In this document: positions 8,441 to 17,901 of the stretch, one piece after another
Position numbering within the stretch: the stretch's first letter is position 1
Layout of the letters: each line of letters opens with the position of its first letter
Source of the DNA: Armatimonadia bacterium
GTDB taxonomy: Bacteria > Armatimonadota > Zipacnadia > Zipacnadales > UBA11051
Reading direction: 5' to 3'
Assembly (NCBI GenBank): GCA_039683575.1
Contig: JBDKRC010000069.1
Span: 1 to 30,347 of the forward strand
DNA: 30,347 nucleotides
The notes under the pieces: model-generated
Told to the model about the DNA's origin: nothing
The model's input: the letters and a program-made list of their open reading frames with translations, nothing else
Databases searched by the model: none
Made by a program: the position numbers and the translations under genes

Positions 8441-11281
8441 CTACTGCAATGCCATGATCGCCTGAGCCAGCCGCCAGCGCAGGTTGTTGTACTCATCGTG
8501 GCTGAGCTTCTCCGCCCAGCGTGTCTGCGTGATGCTGTCATCAACTGCCAGCACCGCCTCAAGCTCCGCCCGGGCCTTCGCCGCCGCCTGCTTCTGAACC
8601 GCTGTGCCCTTCTCCGCCTTCGCGATGGCCTGCTTCAGCGTCGCCACGTATCGCATATCATCTATGCCCTCACGATGCGACTCCCAGTCCATCGTCGGGA
8701 TCGGCGTCCCGTCAGGCCCCGGATAAGCCGCGCACCAGTCCCGTGCATCGCCATCGAGATCATTGAACGGGTCCGCGTTGTAGCACTGGTAGTGCCAGAA
8801 GTACATCGCCTCCGCCGGCCGCTTGTAGAATCCCAATCCGCAGTTATTCCGCGCCCGGCGGCAGTCATTCACATAGCTGCTGCCATACCGCATGTACCGC
8901 TTCCCCGAGGCCAGCAGCGTCTGCTCCTGATCGGTCTGGTAATCCACATTTCCGCACCAGATGTCGAACGTGCTTCCCCACTTCTCGCCCGACTTGTAGT
9001 TGTTCACGGTGATATAGCTCGTCGCCCCGGGCACCTTAGCCACCAACTCGCACAGGTGATGGGCCTTCTCTCCCCGGGCGTCATCATTGCCAATCTCGTC
9101 CACAGGATAATGCAGCAGCTTCAGGCACTCGGGATCGTTTGACACCTTCTCCAGCTCTGCGGTTACCTGCACGTACAACGCATCCTGATCGCCCTGCGGA
9201 AAGAGCCGCTTGATCGCTGACTCGTGGTTCGCATTGTGCGGCACAGGCCCCGTAATCCCCAACTGCCGCAGCCGCCGCAACAGCGCGCGCAGGTCCGTGG
9301 TGTCCACCACCAGCTTCCCATCCACGTTGCTCAACTTCGGCGGGCAATTGACCGTGACCGCGCGCATCCCGTGCGCGACCATATCCCGAACCTGCTTGTC
9401 GAGGGCCTCACCAGACACCTTGTTGTCATACCAGTACATCCCCACGACCCGCTCGGGCTCGGCCAGTTTGAACGGCAGCACCTGCAGTTTCAGGGTCGCC
9501 TGCCATTCTCTGCCACCCGAACTGACCCGCACCGGCGCCGCGTACTGCCCCGGCTTCGCCTTCGCCGGGACCAAAATGGTAAGCCAATACTCGCCCGTTG
9601 TATCCTTCTCCAGATTCAGCGTCTGCCCGGTCTCCAACAGTTCCGGCATGACCTGATATTCGGTGCTCCACGACGACCCCGCGCGCTGCGGCCAGCATTT
9701 GACCGTCCGCAGCTCCACCGCCGACGCCGGAATAACGCCCGCCGCCCCCTTCAGGTCCCCAACCTGCAGTTTCAGCCCCTTCAGCGGCTCCAGCGCCCGC
9801 ACGGCCACGACCACCGGCTCATACTCCCCCGGCGCCGCGAAGGCCGTCAACGGCCGTCCCACCACTTCCGCCGTCGGCACGCTGTTCGGGTACAGCAAGG
9901 TCATCCACGACGGCGTCCACGCGATGAACCCGCGCTTCCGATCCGCGGCGGTGGGCTCCACCATCGTCGCCGTCTCGACGTATGGTGTCAGCTTGAACGT
10001 CCTCGCAAAGTAATCATCCCGCTCCCGCTGAATCGCCGCCCGCACGAGCGCAATCCGCTTATCCGCGAAGGCCTTCTCCGCCGCGGTACCGGCCGGCATG
10101 ATCACCAGCCCGCAGATCCCGAAACCCCTCTGCGCCGGATCATCAGATTGCGCGTCAAAAGTCAGATCAAGCTGTCCATCCGTCACCGTGACGTCATAAA
10201 CCACGTCAGTCATCAGCGTCGGCGGGAGGGTGATCTCCTTCACCACCGGCTTCCCCTCCGCCTCGATCCAGAAGTTCTGCTTCCCCTGCCGCCCATACTC
10301 AATGTCGCCATGCATGCTCAGGCACCGGTACGTGCCGTTCGGCACATCCACAGCCAGCGTCTGCCGCACCTGGCTGTGGTAATACTCGCACGAACTCACG
10401 AAATCACGGTAGAGCCTGTCACATGAGACGCTCTTCTTCTTTGCGCCCCGGTCCCGCTCTCCCAGTCCCGGCACCGCCGCGCTTGACGGCCCGAAGTTGC
10501 TCTCGACCATCGGCTGCCCGTCTTTGTAGGGCTGCCATCCGAACCCGCGCTGCTTGTCATACACATCCGTCATGCTGGAGACATAGAACTCGCCAAACGA
10601 CGGCGAATCCTTAGGCCCGAAGTCAAACGCCCACCATGTAAACCCGTCGCTGACCCTCTTCGGGCTTGCCGCCCCCATAGCCTGTGCGGTCGTTGCCTCA
10701 CCAACGACCTGTCCCCAGATCTCCACCTCGGACGCGGTTATGTAGCTCTTCCCCTCCTGGGCGGCAAAGACCAGCCGCAGCCCGTCCGCCCGCTTGCCCA
10801 CCGGCAGCTCATTCCAGCCATTCATGGCATTCTCAATCACGCCGACCTTCAGGTTATCCGGAAATTCCAGCGGGTCGCCCTTCACAAACACCTGCACCTG
10901 CGAAGTCCCATGCGGGCCGCTGTTCAGCAAATTCACCCGCACCCGGTCTATCTGGCACATTCTGCCCAGGTCAAACAGCAACTCCCCTGACCGCGCTCCC
11001 TGCCAGTAGGCATACGGCGCAGGCTTGCCCGAGTTGTAGGTGATGTTCCCGTCAGTCAGCGCCCCCTCCGCGAAACTCACCCGTGCCTTGCCCTCATCCC
11101 CACTGGTCAGCGCTGGCGACGGCAGGTACGCGCCGCCCGTCTTGAAGTGCGGGAGCTTGGCATAGTCAGCCGCCTTCTCGTTGGTGACGCCATTATCAGT
11201 CAGCAGCACGCTCTGCTGGCCCAACGCCACGGACCCCATCAGCACTATGGCAACGACAATCAGCGGCAGAACCTTTGACAT
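8441..11281 (-). CDS. Large secreted GH123/DUF4091-like protein with N-terminal beta-sandwich (discoidin-like and galactose-binding-like) domains
   Basis: Signal peptide at MSKVLPLIVVAIVLMGSVALG (start 11281). LTDG...LLFDLG...SEVEIWG (discoidin-like); FDFGP...YDKQRGFGW...DVPNGTY; AAPGEYEP, YPVDE and WESHREGIDDMRY (DUF4091-like). Confidence 0.75.
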   Translation of the reverse strand: MSKVLPLIVVAIVLMGSVALGQQSVLLTDNGVTNEKAADYAKLPHFKTGGAYLPSPALTSGDEGKARVSFAEGALTDGNITYNSGKPAPYAYWQGARSGELLFDLGRMCQIDRVRVNLLNSGPHGTSQVQVFVKGDPLEFPDNLKVGVIENAMNGWNELPVGKRADGLRLVFAAQEGKSYITASEVEIWGQVVGEATTAQAMGAASPKRVSDGFTWWAFDFGPKDSPSFGEFYVSSMTDVYDKQRGFGWQPYKDGQPMVESNFGPSSAAVPGLGERDRGAKKKSVSCDRLYRDFVSSCEYYHSQVRQTLAVDVPNGTYRCLSMHGDIEYGRQGKQNFWIEAEGKPVVKEITLPPTLMTDVVYDVTVTDGQLDLTFDAQSDDPAQRGFGICGLVIMPAGTAAEKAFADKRIALVRAAIQRERDDYFARTFKLTPYVETATMVEPTAADRKRGFIAWTPSWMTLLYPNSVPTAEVVGRPLTAFAAPGEYEPVVVAVRALEPLKGLKLQVGDLKGAAGVIPASAVELRTVKCWPQRAGSSWSTEYQVMPELLETGQTLNLEKDTTGEYWLTILVPAKAKPGQYAAPVRVSSGGREWQATLKLQVLPFKLAEPERVVGMYWYDNKVSGEALDKQVRDMVAHGMRAVTVNCPPKLSNVDGKLVVDTTDLRALLRRLRQLGITGPVPHNANHESAIKRLFPQGDQDALYVQVTAELEKVSNDPECLKLLHYPVDEIGNDDARGEKAHHLCELVAKVPGATSYITVNNYKSGEKWGSTFDIWCGNVDYQTDQEQTLLASGKRYMRYGSSYVNDCRRARNNCGLGFYKRPAEAMYFWHYQCYNADPFNDLDGDARDWCAAYPGPDGTPIPTMDWESHREGIDDMRYVATLKQAIAKAEKGTAVQKQAAAKARAELEAVLAVDDSITQTRWAEKLSHDEYNNLRWRLAQAIMALQ

Positions 11282-11461
11282 TGCTCTCTCACTCCCAAGT
11301 GGTCTTGCGTCTGGATTGCAGGGAACCATGCCCCCTGGTGATCGGGATGACCGGGCGCTAGCTTCGCCACCGGAACCCGCTCTCCTGCAATTTCCTTCAG
11401 CGACAGGTGAGACATCCGCCGAACGGGAACCTAGACCCATTACCGCCCAGGGGACCTGATC

Positions 11462-13522
11462 ATGCGAAGACTGCTGTGCTTGCTGTCGATTTCACTGTTG
11501 GTTGGCCCGCTACTGGCCGAAACCTACGTTGTAGACGGCGCCGCCGGTGACGACGCCAACAATGGGGTCACCGCGCCCTTCAAGACCATCGCCCGCGGTC
11601 TGCGGGACCTCAAGCCGGGAGACACGCTCAAGCTCGTGAAAATGGACGTTCCCTATCGCGAGTCCATCCCGCTCCTGAAGCACGGCACACCCGAGGCTCC
11701 TATCACCATAGATGGCGGCGGGGCCACGATCTCCGGCGCCGACACGGCCCCGAAAGACGGCTGGCAGGAGCAGAACGGCGTCTACGTACTGCCACAGGCC
11801 AGGGAAGTCAAGTTCCTCTTCGGCCCGGATATTCGCTACGAACAAGCCAGGTCGGCCCAGACCCTCGGTAACCAGGAGTGGTTCTGGGAAGCCGGCAAGC
11901 TCTATTTCCGCCCCGCAGCGGGCAAGCAGCCAGCCGACTACGACCTGCAGATGAGCGTGCGCATTTCGGGCATCATGACCACCGGTGCCGGCCAGATCAT
12001 CGTCCGCAACCTGACCGCGATGCACTTCTACAATGACGGCTTCAACATCCACAACGGCAGCGCGCCGATCTGGTTTGAGAACATCAAGGGCCTCTGGAAC
12101 GGCGATGAGGGCTTCAGCGCCCACGAGAACTGCGAGTGCTTCGTACGCAATGCCGAGTTCTCGAACAACTACTGGCACGGCATCGCCGACGTCACTATCG
12201 CCCGCACGTACTACCAGAACATCGTCGTCCGCAACAACCGCAGCAAGGGTATCTACCTGATCGGCGGCACGCACGGCATCACTGACTCGGTTGTCTCCGG
12301 CAGTCCGGACCAGATCGTGCTCTCCCCCAGCGACGGCACGAACGTCCCCGCTCTCGCCGCCGACCCCATGCGTGTGAGCACCACCAACCTCCGCAACGTG
12401 CTCGTGCAGTCCGCGGCGGGCGAAACAGGCCTCATCGTCAATGGCAGCGCCCAGGCCGCCATCGAGCACTGCCTGATCCTCGGCGGGCAGACCGGTCTGC
12501 GGGTAGACCCCACCGGACGCGCGCATGTTCTCAACACCATCATCGCCGGTCAGGCCGGCGCTAACGTCGTCGCCGCCGGGGACTTCGCCGCCGACTACAA
12601 CCTCTACTTCCCCGGCCTCCTCACTGCAGCGGGCAAGGCCTACACCGCCGAGCAGTTCGCCGACTACCAGGCGGCCACTCACGGCGACCAGCACTCGTTC
12701 GTCGAGGAGCCCAGGTTCATCGCTGACACGCGCCTGGTCAGTCGCGCCAGCCGCGCCTCGGGCAGTGCTTTCGGCCCCACTGCCTTCGGCGGCCCAGACA
12801 TCGGCCTGGAACTCCGTGCCCCCAAGCCCGAGGAGCCCGGAGTGCAGCCGCCACAGCCCCTACCCACCCCGCCCTCCAAGCCTGCTCCTGCAGCAGTAGC
12901 CGCCGCGCCTGCCGGGGCCGCTGTGGTACTGCCCGAGCTGCCCGCACCGGGTGAGGGCCCGGCTCCTGCTGCTGACAAGATCGCTCCTGTCAAACGCCTC
13001 ACGCACCTGTGGGAGTTCGAGCAGACCAACCCCTGGAATCGTGCCTACCCCGAGCCAGTCAAGACCCCGGCCGGCCAGCCCCTCAAGGGCGTGCTGGAGC
13101 TGTCTACTGAGCAGGTGCACAACGGCCAGAAAGCGCTCAAGCTGGCAGTTCAGGCGCCCGAAGCTCCTCCGGCCTCCGTTCGGGTCAAGCTCTTCAGCGG
13201 CAAGCTCAATCTCGACAAGCCTATAAGAGTGGTACGTTTCTGGATGTATGGGGATGCTTCGGGGCGGCAGTTCAACCTGCGCGTGCGAGATGCCCAGGGC
13301 GAGAGCTTCTACGACGCCACGCGCAAGATGGACTGGACGGGATGGCAGCAGATAACGTGGGACCTCGCCCAGCGCCCGCCTGTGAATGTGGTCGGGGGGA
13401 ACAAGAACCTCATTCAGGACGGTCCGCCACTGGAACTGGTCATGGACCTCACCTATCCCACGACCGACCGCACTCCGGCGGTCATCTACATCGATGATCT
13501 GGAACTTGAGATCGAGGGTTAG
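11462..13522 (+). CDS. Secreted right-handed beta-helix (pectin-lyase-fold) protein with Pro/Ala linker and C-terminal CBM-like domain
   Basis: Signal peptide; YVVDGAAGDDANNG..APFKTI..G...LKPGDT; NDGFNIH/NGDEGFSAH repeats; P/A-rich linker; FWMYGDASG...RDAQGE...DWTGWQQI...IYIDDLE. Confidence 0.82.
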   Translation: MRRLLCLLSISLLVGPLLAETYVVDGAAGDDANNGVTAPFKTIARGLRDLKPGDTLKLVKMDVPYRESIPLLKHGTPEAPITIDGGGATISGADTAPKDGWQEQNGVYVLPQAREVKFLFGPDIRYEQARSAQTLGNQEWFWEAGKLYFRPAAGKQPADYDLQMSVRISGIMTTGAGQIIVRNLTAMHFYNDGFNIHNGSAPIWFENIKGLWNGDEGFSAHENCECFVRNAEFSNNYWHGIADVTIARTYYQNIVVRNNRSKGIYLIGGTHGITDSVVSGSPDQIVLSPSDGTNVPALAADPMRVSTTNLRNVLVQSAAGETGLIVNGSAQAAIEHCLILGGQTGLRVDPTGRAHVLNTIIAGQAGANVVAAGDFAADYNLYFPGLLTAAGKAYTAEQFADYQAATHGDQHSFVEEPRFIADTRLVSRASRASGSAFGPTAFGGPDIGLELRAPKPEEPGVQPPQPLPTPPSKPAPAAVAAAPAGAAVVLPELPAPGEGPAPAADKIAPVKRLTHLWEFEQTNPWNRAYPEPVKTPAGQPLKGVLELSTEQVHNGQKALKLAVQAPEAPPASVRVKLFSGKLNLDKPIRVVRFWMYGDASGRQFNLRVRDAQGESFYDATRKMDWTGWQQITWDLAQRPPVNVVGGNKNLIQDGPPLELVMDLTYPTTDRTPAVIYIDDLELEIEG

Positions 13523-13543
13523 CAACTACTACCTGTAGAACCA

Positions 13544-13573
13544 CGAAGCCCCCGTGCGTTGACGGGGGCTTCG
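13544..13573. terminator. Hairpin between convergent genes (probable bidirectional terminator)
   Basis: CGAAGCCCCCGT-gcgttg-ACGGGGGCTTCG, a 12-bp perfect stem. Confidence 0.75.
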
Positions 13574-13597
13574 GATTCGGCTGAGGTGCGGCGGTCT

Positions 13598-14203
13598 CTA
13601 GAGGCCGCCACGCCACATGATCGGCTGCGCGGCCCGATCGTTGAGCGCGCTGTACGACAGCCACTTGGCGTGACCATCAAGGAAGGCTGCATTGGCGCCG
13701 TCGTTGTGGGGCTTGTCGAGTGAATCCACCGGGGCGGCCAGGTTGTTCCACCGGACCCAGTTCTGGTTGGTGCTCTCGGTCAGGAATATGGTCTCTGCAG
13801 GCCGCTGCAATGAGGCAACGGGCCGGAAACAGAAGAAGTAGGCGTGGCCGGTCGGGCCGTTGGTTCCCACACTCGTGATATTCACGCCATACGACCGCAC
13901 CCAGGCGCCGTTAGCGCTCGGGCACTTGAAGATCTGCGTGTTCTTGACGTACGGCGCCAGCATGTCAAACCAGGTATACAGCGACGCCGCACCCGGATGC
14001 GACTGGTATGAAGCGGTCGTCTCGTCATAGTCCTGCTCGTAGGCCAGTTCAGCCGTCGCAAGCTGGCGAACATTGGACAGACAGCTCGACTGCCGCGCCT
14101 TCTCCCGAGCTTTGGCGAAAACCGGGAAGAGGATGGCAGCCAGGATCGCGATGATTGCGATAACTACCAGAAGCTCGATAAGCGTGAATCCCCGTCGGTA
14201 CAT
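13598..14203 (-). CDS. Prepilin-type N-terminal cleavage/methylation protein, DUF1559 / H-X9-DG family (paralogue A)
   Basis: [62 protein letters not shown] spacing favours ATG 14203. Confidence 0.93.
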   Translation of the reverse strand: MYRRGFTLIELLVVIAIIAILAAILFPVFAKAREKARQSSCLSNVRQLATAELAYEQDYDETTASYQSHPGAASLYTWFDMLAPYVKNTQIFKCPSANGAWVRSYGVNITSVGTNGPTGHAYFFCFRPVASLQRPAETIFLTESTNQNWVRWNNLAAPVDSLDKPHNDGANAAFLDGHAKWLSYSALNDRAAQPIMWRGGL

Positions 14204-14235
14204 GCTCTGCATCTCCTTAGTTTGGATAGTGTATC

Positions 14236-14287
14236 TATGACAAAATACACCTTTGTCATATATTGTTCAATATGTCTATACTATAGA
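14236..14287. promoter_or_regulatory. AT-rich divergent promoter region with three adjacent palindromes (candidate operators)
   Basis: TATGACAAA-N7-TTTGTCATA (14236-14260), ATATTG-tt-CAATAT (14260-14273), TCTATA-c-TATAGA (14275-14287). Confidence 0.55.
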
Positions 14288-14316
14288 AGCGTCGCGTCAC
14301 GATAAGGAGCCATGAA

Positions 14317-17300
14317 ATGAAATCCTCGCCATTGATCAGCCTGCTGTGGCTGCTGATCTTCCCCGCACTGGCCATCGCCGTGCCTTCACAGGTCCAGCAG
14401 GTCAATGATGCCGTCTACATGATCCACGACGACAACGGTGACTGGGGCGGGATGACCAACGGCATCACGCACCAGAACGCCTCGCCCTACCAGGCCAAGA
14501 AGATCCTGGATCTCTCCAACCTGCCGCAGGCATCCTGGGACCAGGCGAAAGCCGCGCGTCTCTCGATATACATGATGGTCCGTGACTACTCATTCAAGGA
14601 CGCGCCCCAGAAGAACGGCCTCGACGAGGCCTTCCAGGTAGTGGTCAATGGCACCGTCCATGAGTACCCGACCAGCGCCGGGGCCCCGGTCTACAAGGAG
14701 AGCGGAGCGCCCTCCATCGCCTGGCATGACGTTGTCATCCCCATGAGCGAACTCAAGCGCGGGCCCAACGAGATCATCGTCCGCAAGGCCCCCGGTAAGC
14801 CCGGCGACCCGCAAGCCAAGTCTGATGACTACATGTATCTGGGGATCGATAACAGCGTCAAGCGCGGCAACAGCATGGTCAACTTCGAGGACAAGGAGTG
14901 GACGCAGGAGAGGCTGACCATCCCCGGCGGCAATGGCGAGTACATGATCCGCCTGTACCTGCTCACCGGCCAGCCGCGCTTCCAGGCCCGCTGGCAGCCC
15001 GGCCAGCAGCCCGAGATGGTTGATCCAGCCGGTGTCGTCGTCTACGCCGGAGCCCGTGGTCTGAAGCCGACAGCCGGCGCACTGACCCTTCAGCCGGGCC
15101 AGACCGCCCGCGTCGAATGGCCCGCCGAGGCTCTCGATATACTTGACGCGGCCCAGCTTGCCGTCGAGGCCACCGGCGCTCCGCAGCTCAAGTGGCTTGA
15201 TGAAACCGGCGGCCCGGCCACACAGCCCGCCATCAAGGGGCTTTCCGCCGAACTCGCCGCCCAGCGCGTCTTCAAGCCCAGCGGCCTGCTCATCACCGCT
15301 GCCGCCACACCCGCCACGATCAAAACGGTCACCCTCTCCGGCGGCAGGTCATTCCATCCGGTTAGCAAGCCCGTAGATATCGCCCCACGCATCGCCTCCG
15401 CCAGGCTGCCCCAGCCGCTCAAGCCGTCATGCAAGCTCGGCGACAAGCAGATCGAGCTACAGGCCGGCTTCACCCGCGCCGTCTTTGAGCGCGGCAAGGG
15501 CCTCCGCCTTGTCTCCCTGCGCAACCTCATCACGGGCACCGAACTGCTCCGCGCACCCGATCAGGTCAACCTGTTCCTGCTGGAGCTCAACCCGCCCGGA
15601 ATGGCTGCTGGCTTCACTGAGGTGCCCGAACCCAACTCGAAGGCACAGCCCGGCGGCCCGCGCCTCTCCGGTGCCAAAGACTTCACCCTCAAGAGCGTCA
15701 AGCCCGTCGCCAACGGCTTTGTGGCTGAACTCGAATCCGTCCAGCCTGCCTTCAGCGCCGTTCTGACGGCCACTGCCGCCCCCGAGGGCCTGCGTCTCGG
15801 CCTGAACATGGTCAACGCGGGCCAGCAGCCTACCGACTTCAAGGTCAGCTTCCCACACCTCTCTGGCCTCGCCGTCTCGGCCCAGCCCGCCGATGACTAC
15901 TACTTCTTCCCCTCCGGCGGCGGGATCATCAACCGCGTCCCGGCGCTCATCCGCCGCGGCTACGGCGACCACGAGGCCCTCTATCAGGTCATGGACCTCT
16001 ACAGCCCTTCCCTCGGCTGCGGCGTATCTGTCCGCGCCGATGACGCCGAGGGCTGGCACAAGATCTTCGCCCTGCGCAAGTACCTGCCCGGTCAGGGCAC
16101 TGCCAACGAAGCCAAGACCTGGTCTGACACGCGCGTCCGGCCCGAGTACCGCTGGCTCAACTCCCTCGACGCCGAGGTCGAAGGCACGTCCTTTGCCTGC
16201 GATTACCTCCGCCGCACCCGCGCTCCCGGTGCGGGCTTCCAGCCTGCCACCGCCGTCATCGCAGTCCATCCCGGCGACTGGCACACTCCCATGAAGGAGT
16301 ATTCCGCCTGGGCGCACCGCGCCTGGAAGTTCCGCCCCTTCCCCTCCGAGCTCAAGACCGTGCACAACATGCTTGCCGCTGGCTGGGGATGGCAGGGCGC
16401 CCTCTATAAGGACGGCAAGTACCGAACCGACTTCATCAAGCCCATGACCGACTGCATCGAGCTCATGAGCTGGTGGGACTGGTCACCGCTCGGCCCCTTC
16501 ATGACGCCTTTTGACCAACTCGACAAGGTCCTGACGCCCGCCCAGATCAAGATGTGGGAGACCTACTTCGTCAAAGACCCGGTCACCGGCCAGAAGATGT
16601 GGAACAACCAGCCCGGCGACTACCGCGGCTACAACGAGCGCTTCGGCGGCCTGCCGGCCTTCCAGAAGGCGGTGCAGACCTACAAGGACATGGGCTCGCT
16701 CACGACGCTCTATACCGACCCCTTCCGCCTCGACGAGAACTGCGAGACCGGCAAGGCTCATGGCAAAGAGTGGTGCGTCGTCGGCGTGGACGGCAAGCTG
16801 AGCACCGGCTACGAGGTCTACAACCCCTGCCACGATCTACCCGCCGTGCGCGAGTGGGTCGCCACGGAAATGGGCCGCGTGATGCGCGAGACGAAGGCCG
16901 ACGGCATCCGTCTCGACGAGTACGGCCACCGCGGCTGGGCCTGCTACAACCCCGAACACAAGCACACCTATGCCGAGCCGGGCATCACGCAATGGCAAAA
17001 GGCCACCGCCGAGGCCACGCGAATGGTCCACGAGGCTATGGACAAGGTGAACCCCAGGCTCGTTTTGACTACCGAGCACCCCGGCTATGACTATCTGATG
17101 CAATACCTCGACGGCTGCATCACCTACGACCTGACGGTCCAGAAGTCCCCCCTGCGCCCGCTGGAATGCAACAACCAGCGCTTCTACTTCCCCGAGTGCA
17201 AGGCCTACGAACTCGACCACCAGGGAGCAGACCTGCTGAGCCACAAGAAGTTCTGGAACGCGGTCGAGTCCTTCGGCCGCTACTATCCGGTCAACATGTA

Positions 17301-17826
17301 CAACACCCTCGCGGAGAACGATGAGGTCTACCAGGGCCGCGACAACAAGCCCCTGGTGGCAACCACCGTCCCCTACCTCTACGCCAACCGCTTCAGCGGC
17401 GCCGGCAAGACGATGTACCACCTCTACAACGCCCTCGGCCACACCTACGAGGGCCCCGTCCTGCAAGTCGCAATCAAGCCCGGCCAGCATGCCATCGAGC
17501 TGCTCTCGCTACAGGAACTCCCTTGCGAGCCAGGCAAGCCGCTGAGCGCCTACATCGCCCGCGACGACGTCGCCTGCGTGGCGATCCTGCCGCAAGTCCT
17601 CAAGGTCGTTCGCGAGGGCCAGACGCTGCAGGTCACTGCCAGCAAGCTCCAGCCCGGCAAGCACACGCTTGTAATAGTGAGCGAGAAGGGCGAAGCGCTG
17701 CTGACGGTAGACGCCCAGGCGGGGCAAAATAGGCTGGACCTCTCAACCCTCGCCGCCGACGCCAAGCCGATAGGCGTCAAGCTACTGCGCGAGGGCCAAC
17801 TGGTGGACGCGGCCACGCTCCGGTAG
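14317..17826 (+). CDS. Large secreted protein, putative glycoside-hydrolase-like TIM barrel (DUF6259-like)
   Basis: 1169 aa with AAGGAG RBS and signal peptide. H.GDWH...Y..W segment, YNERFGG...F, and ADGIRLDEYG candidate catalytic strand. Confidence 0.65.
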   Translation: MKSSPLISLLWLLIFPALAIAVPSQVQQVNDAVYMIHDDNGDWGGMTNGITHQNASPYQAKKILDLSNLPQASWDQAKAARLSIYMMVRDYSFKDAPQKNGLDEAFQVVVNGTVHEYPTSAGAPVYKESGAPSIAWHDVVIPMSELKRGPNEIIVRKAPGKPGDPQAKSDDYMYLGIDNSVKRGNSMVNFEDKEWTQERLTIPGGNGEYMIRLYLLTGQPRFQARWQPGQQPEMVDPAGVVVYAGARGLKPTAGALTLQPGQTARVEWPAEALDILDAAQLAVEATGAPQLKWLDETGGPATQPAIKGLSAELAAQRVFKPSGLLITAAATPATIKTVTLSGGRSFHPVSKPVDIAPRIASARLPQPLKPSCKLGDKQIELQAGFTRAVFERGKGLRLVSLRNLITGTELLRAPDQVNLFLLELNPPGMAAGFTEVPEPNSKAQPGGPRLSGAKDFTLKSVKPVANGFVAELESVQPAFSAVLTATAAPEGLRLGLNMVNAGQQPTDFKVSFPHLSGLAVSAQPADDYYFFPSGGGIINRVPALIRRGYGDHEALYQVMDLYSPSLGCGVSVRADDAEGWHKIFALRKYLPGQGTANEAKTWSDTRVRPEYRWLNSLDAEVEGTSFACDYLRRTRAPGAGFQPATAVIAVHPGDWHTPMKEYSAWAHRAWKFRPFPSELKTVHNMLAAGWGWQGALYKDGKYRTDFIKPMTDCIELMSWWDWSPLGPFMTPFDQLDKVLTPAQIKMWETYFVKDPVTGQKMWNNQPGDYRGYNERFGGLPAFQKAVQTYKDMGSLTTLYTDPFRLDENCETGKAHGKEWCVVGVDGKLSTGYEVYNPCHDLPAVREWVATEMGRVMRETKADGIRLDEYGHRGWACYNPEHKHTYAEPGITQWQKATAEATRMVHEAMDKVNPRLVLTTEHPGYDYLMQYLDGCITYDLTVQKSPLRPLECNNQRFYFPECKAYELDHQGADLLSHKKFWNAVESFGRYYPVNMYNTLAENDEVYQGRDNKPLVATTVPYLYANRFSGAGKTMYHLYNALGHTYEGPVLQVAIKPGQHAIELLSLQELPCEPGKPLSAYIARDDVACVAILPQVLKVVREGQTLQVTASKLQPGKHTLVIVSEKGEALLTVDAQAGQNRLDLSTLAADAKPIGVKLLREGQLVDAATLR

Positions 17827-17849
17827 CCACTCCTACCACTAACGAAAAC

Positions 17850-17877
17850 GGGGCGGGTGAATTTCTTCACCCGCCCC
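17850..17877. terminator. Hairpin between convergent genes (probable bidirectional terminator)
   Basis: GGGGCGGGTGAA-tttc-TTCACCCGCCCC, preceded by an A-rich run. Confidence 0.75.
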
Positions 17878-17901
17878 TTCATGTCATCTGCACTACGACT
17901 C

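Noticed and set aside
11282-11440. N-terminal extensions in the ORF track (also 2883-3056, 24774-24971, 26401-26520, 27153-27344)
   Set aside because: Downstream ATGs have RBSs and begin signal peptides or family motifs, and the extensions run through promoters or terminators.
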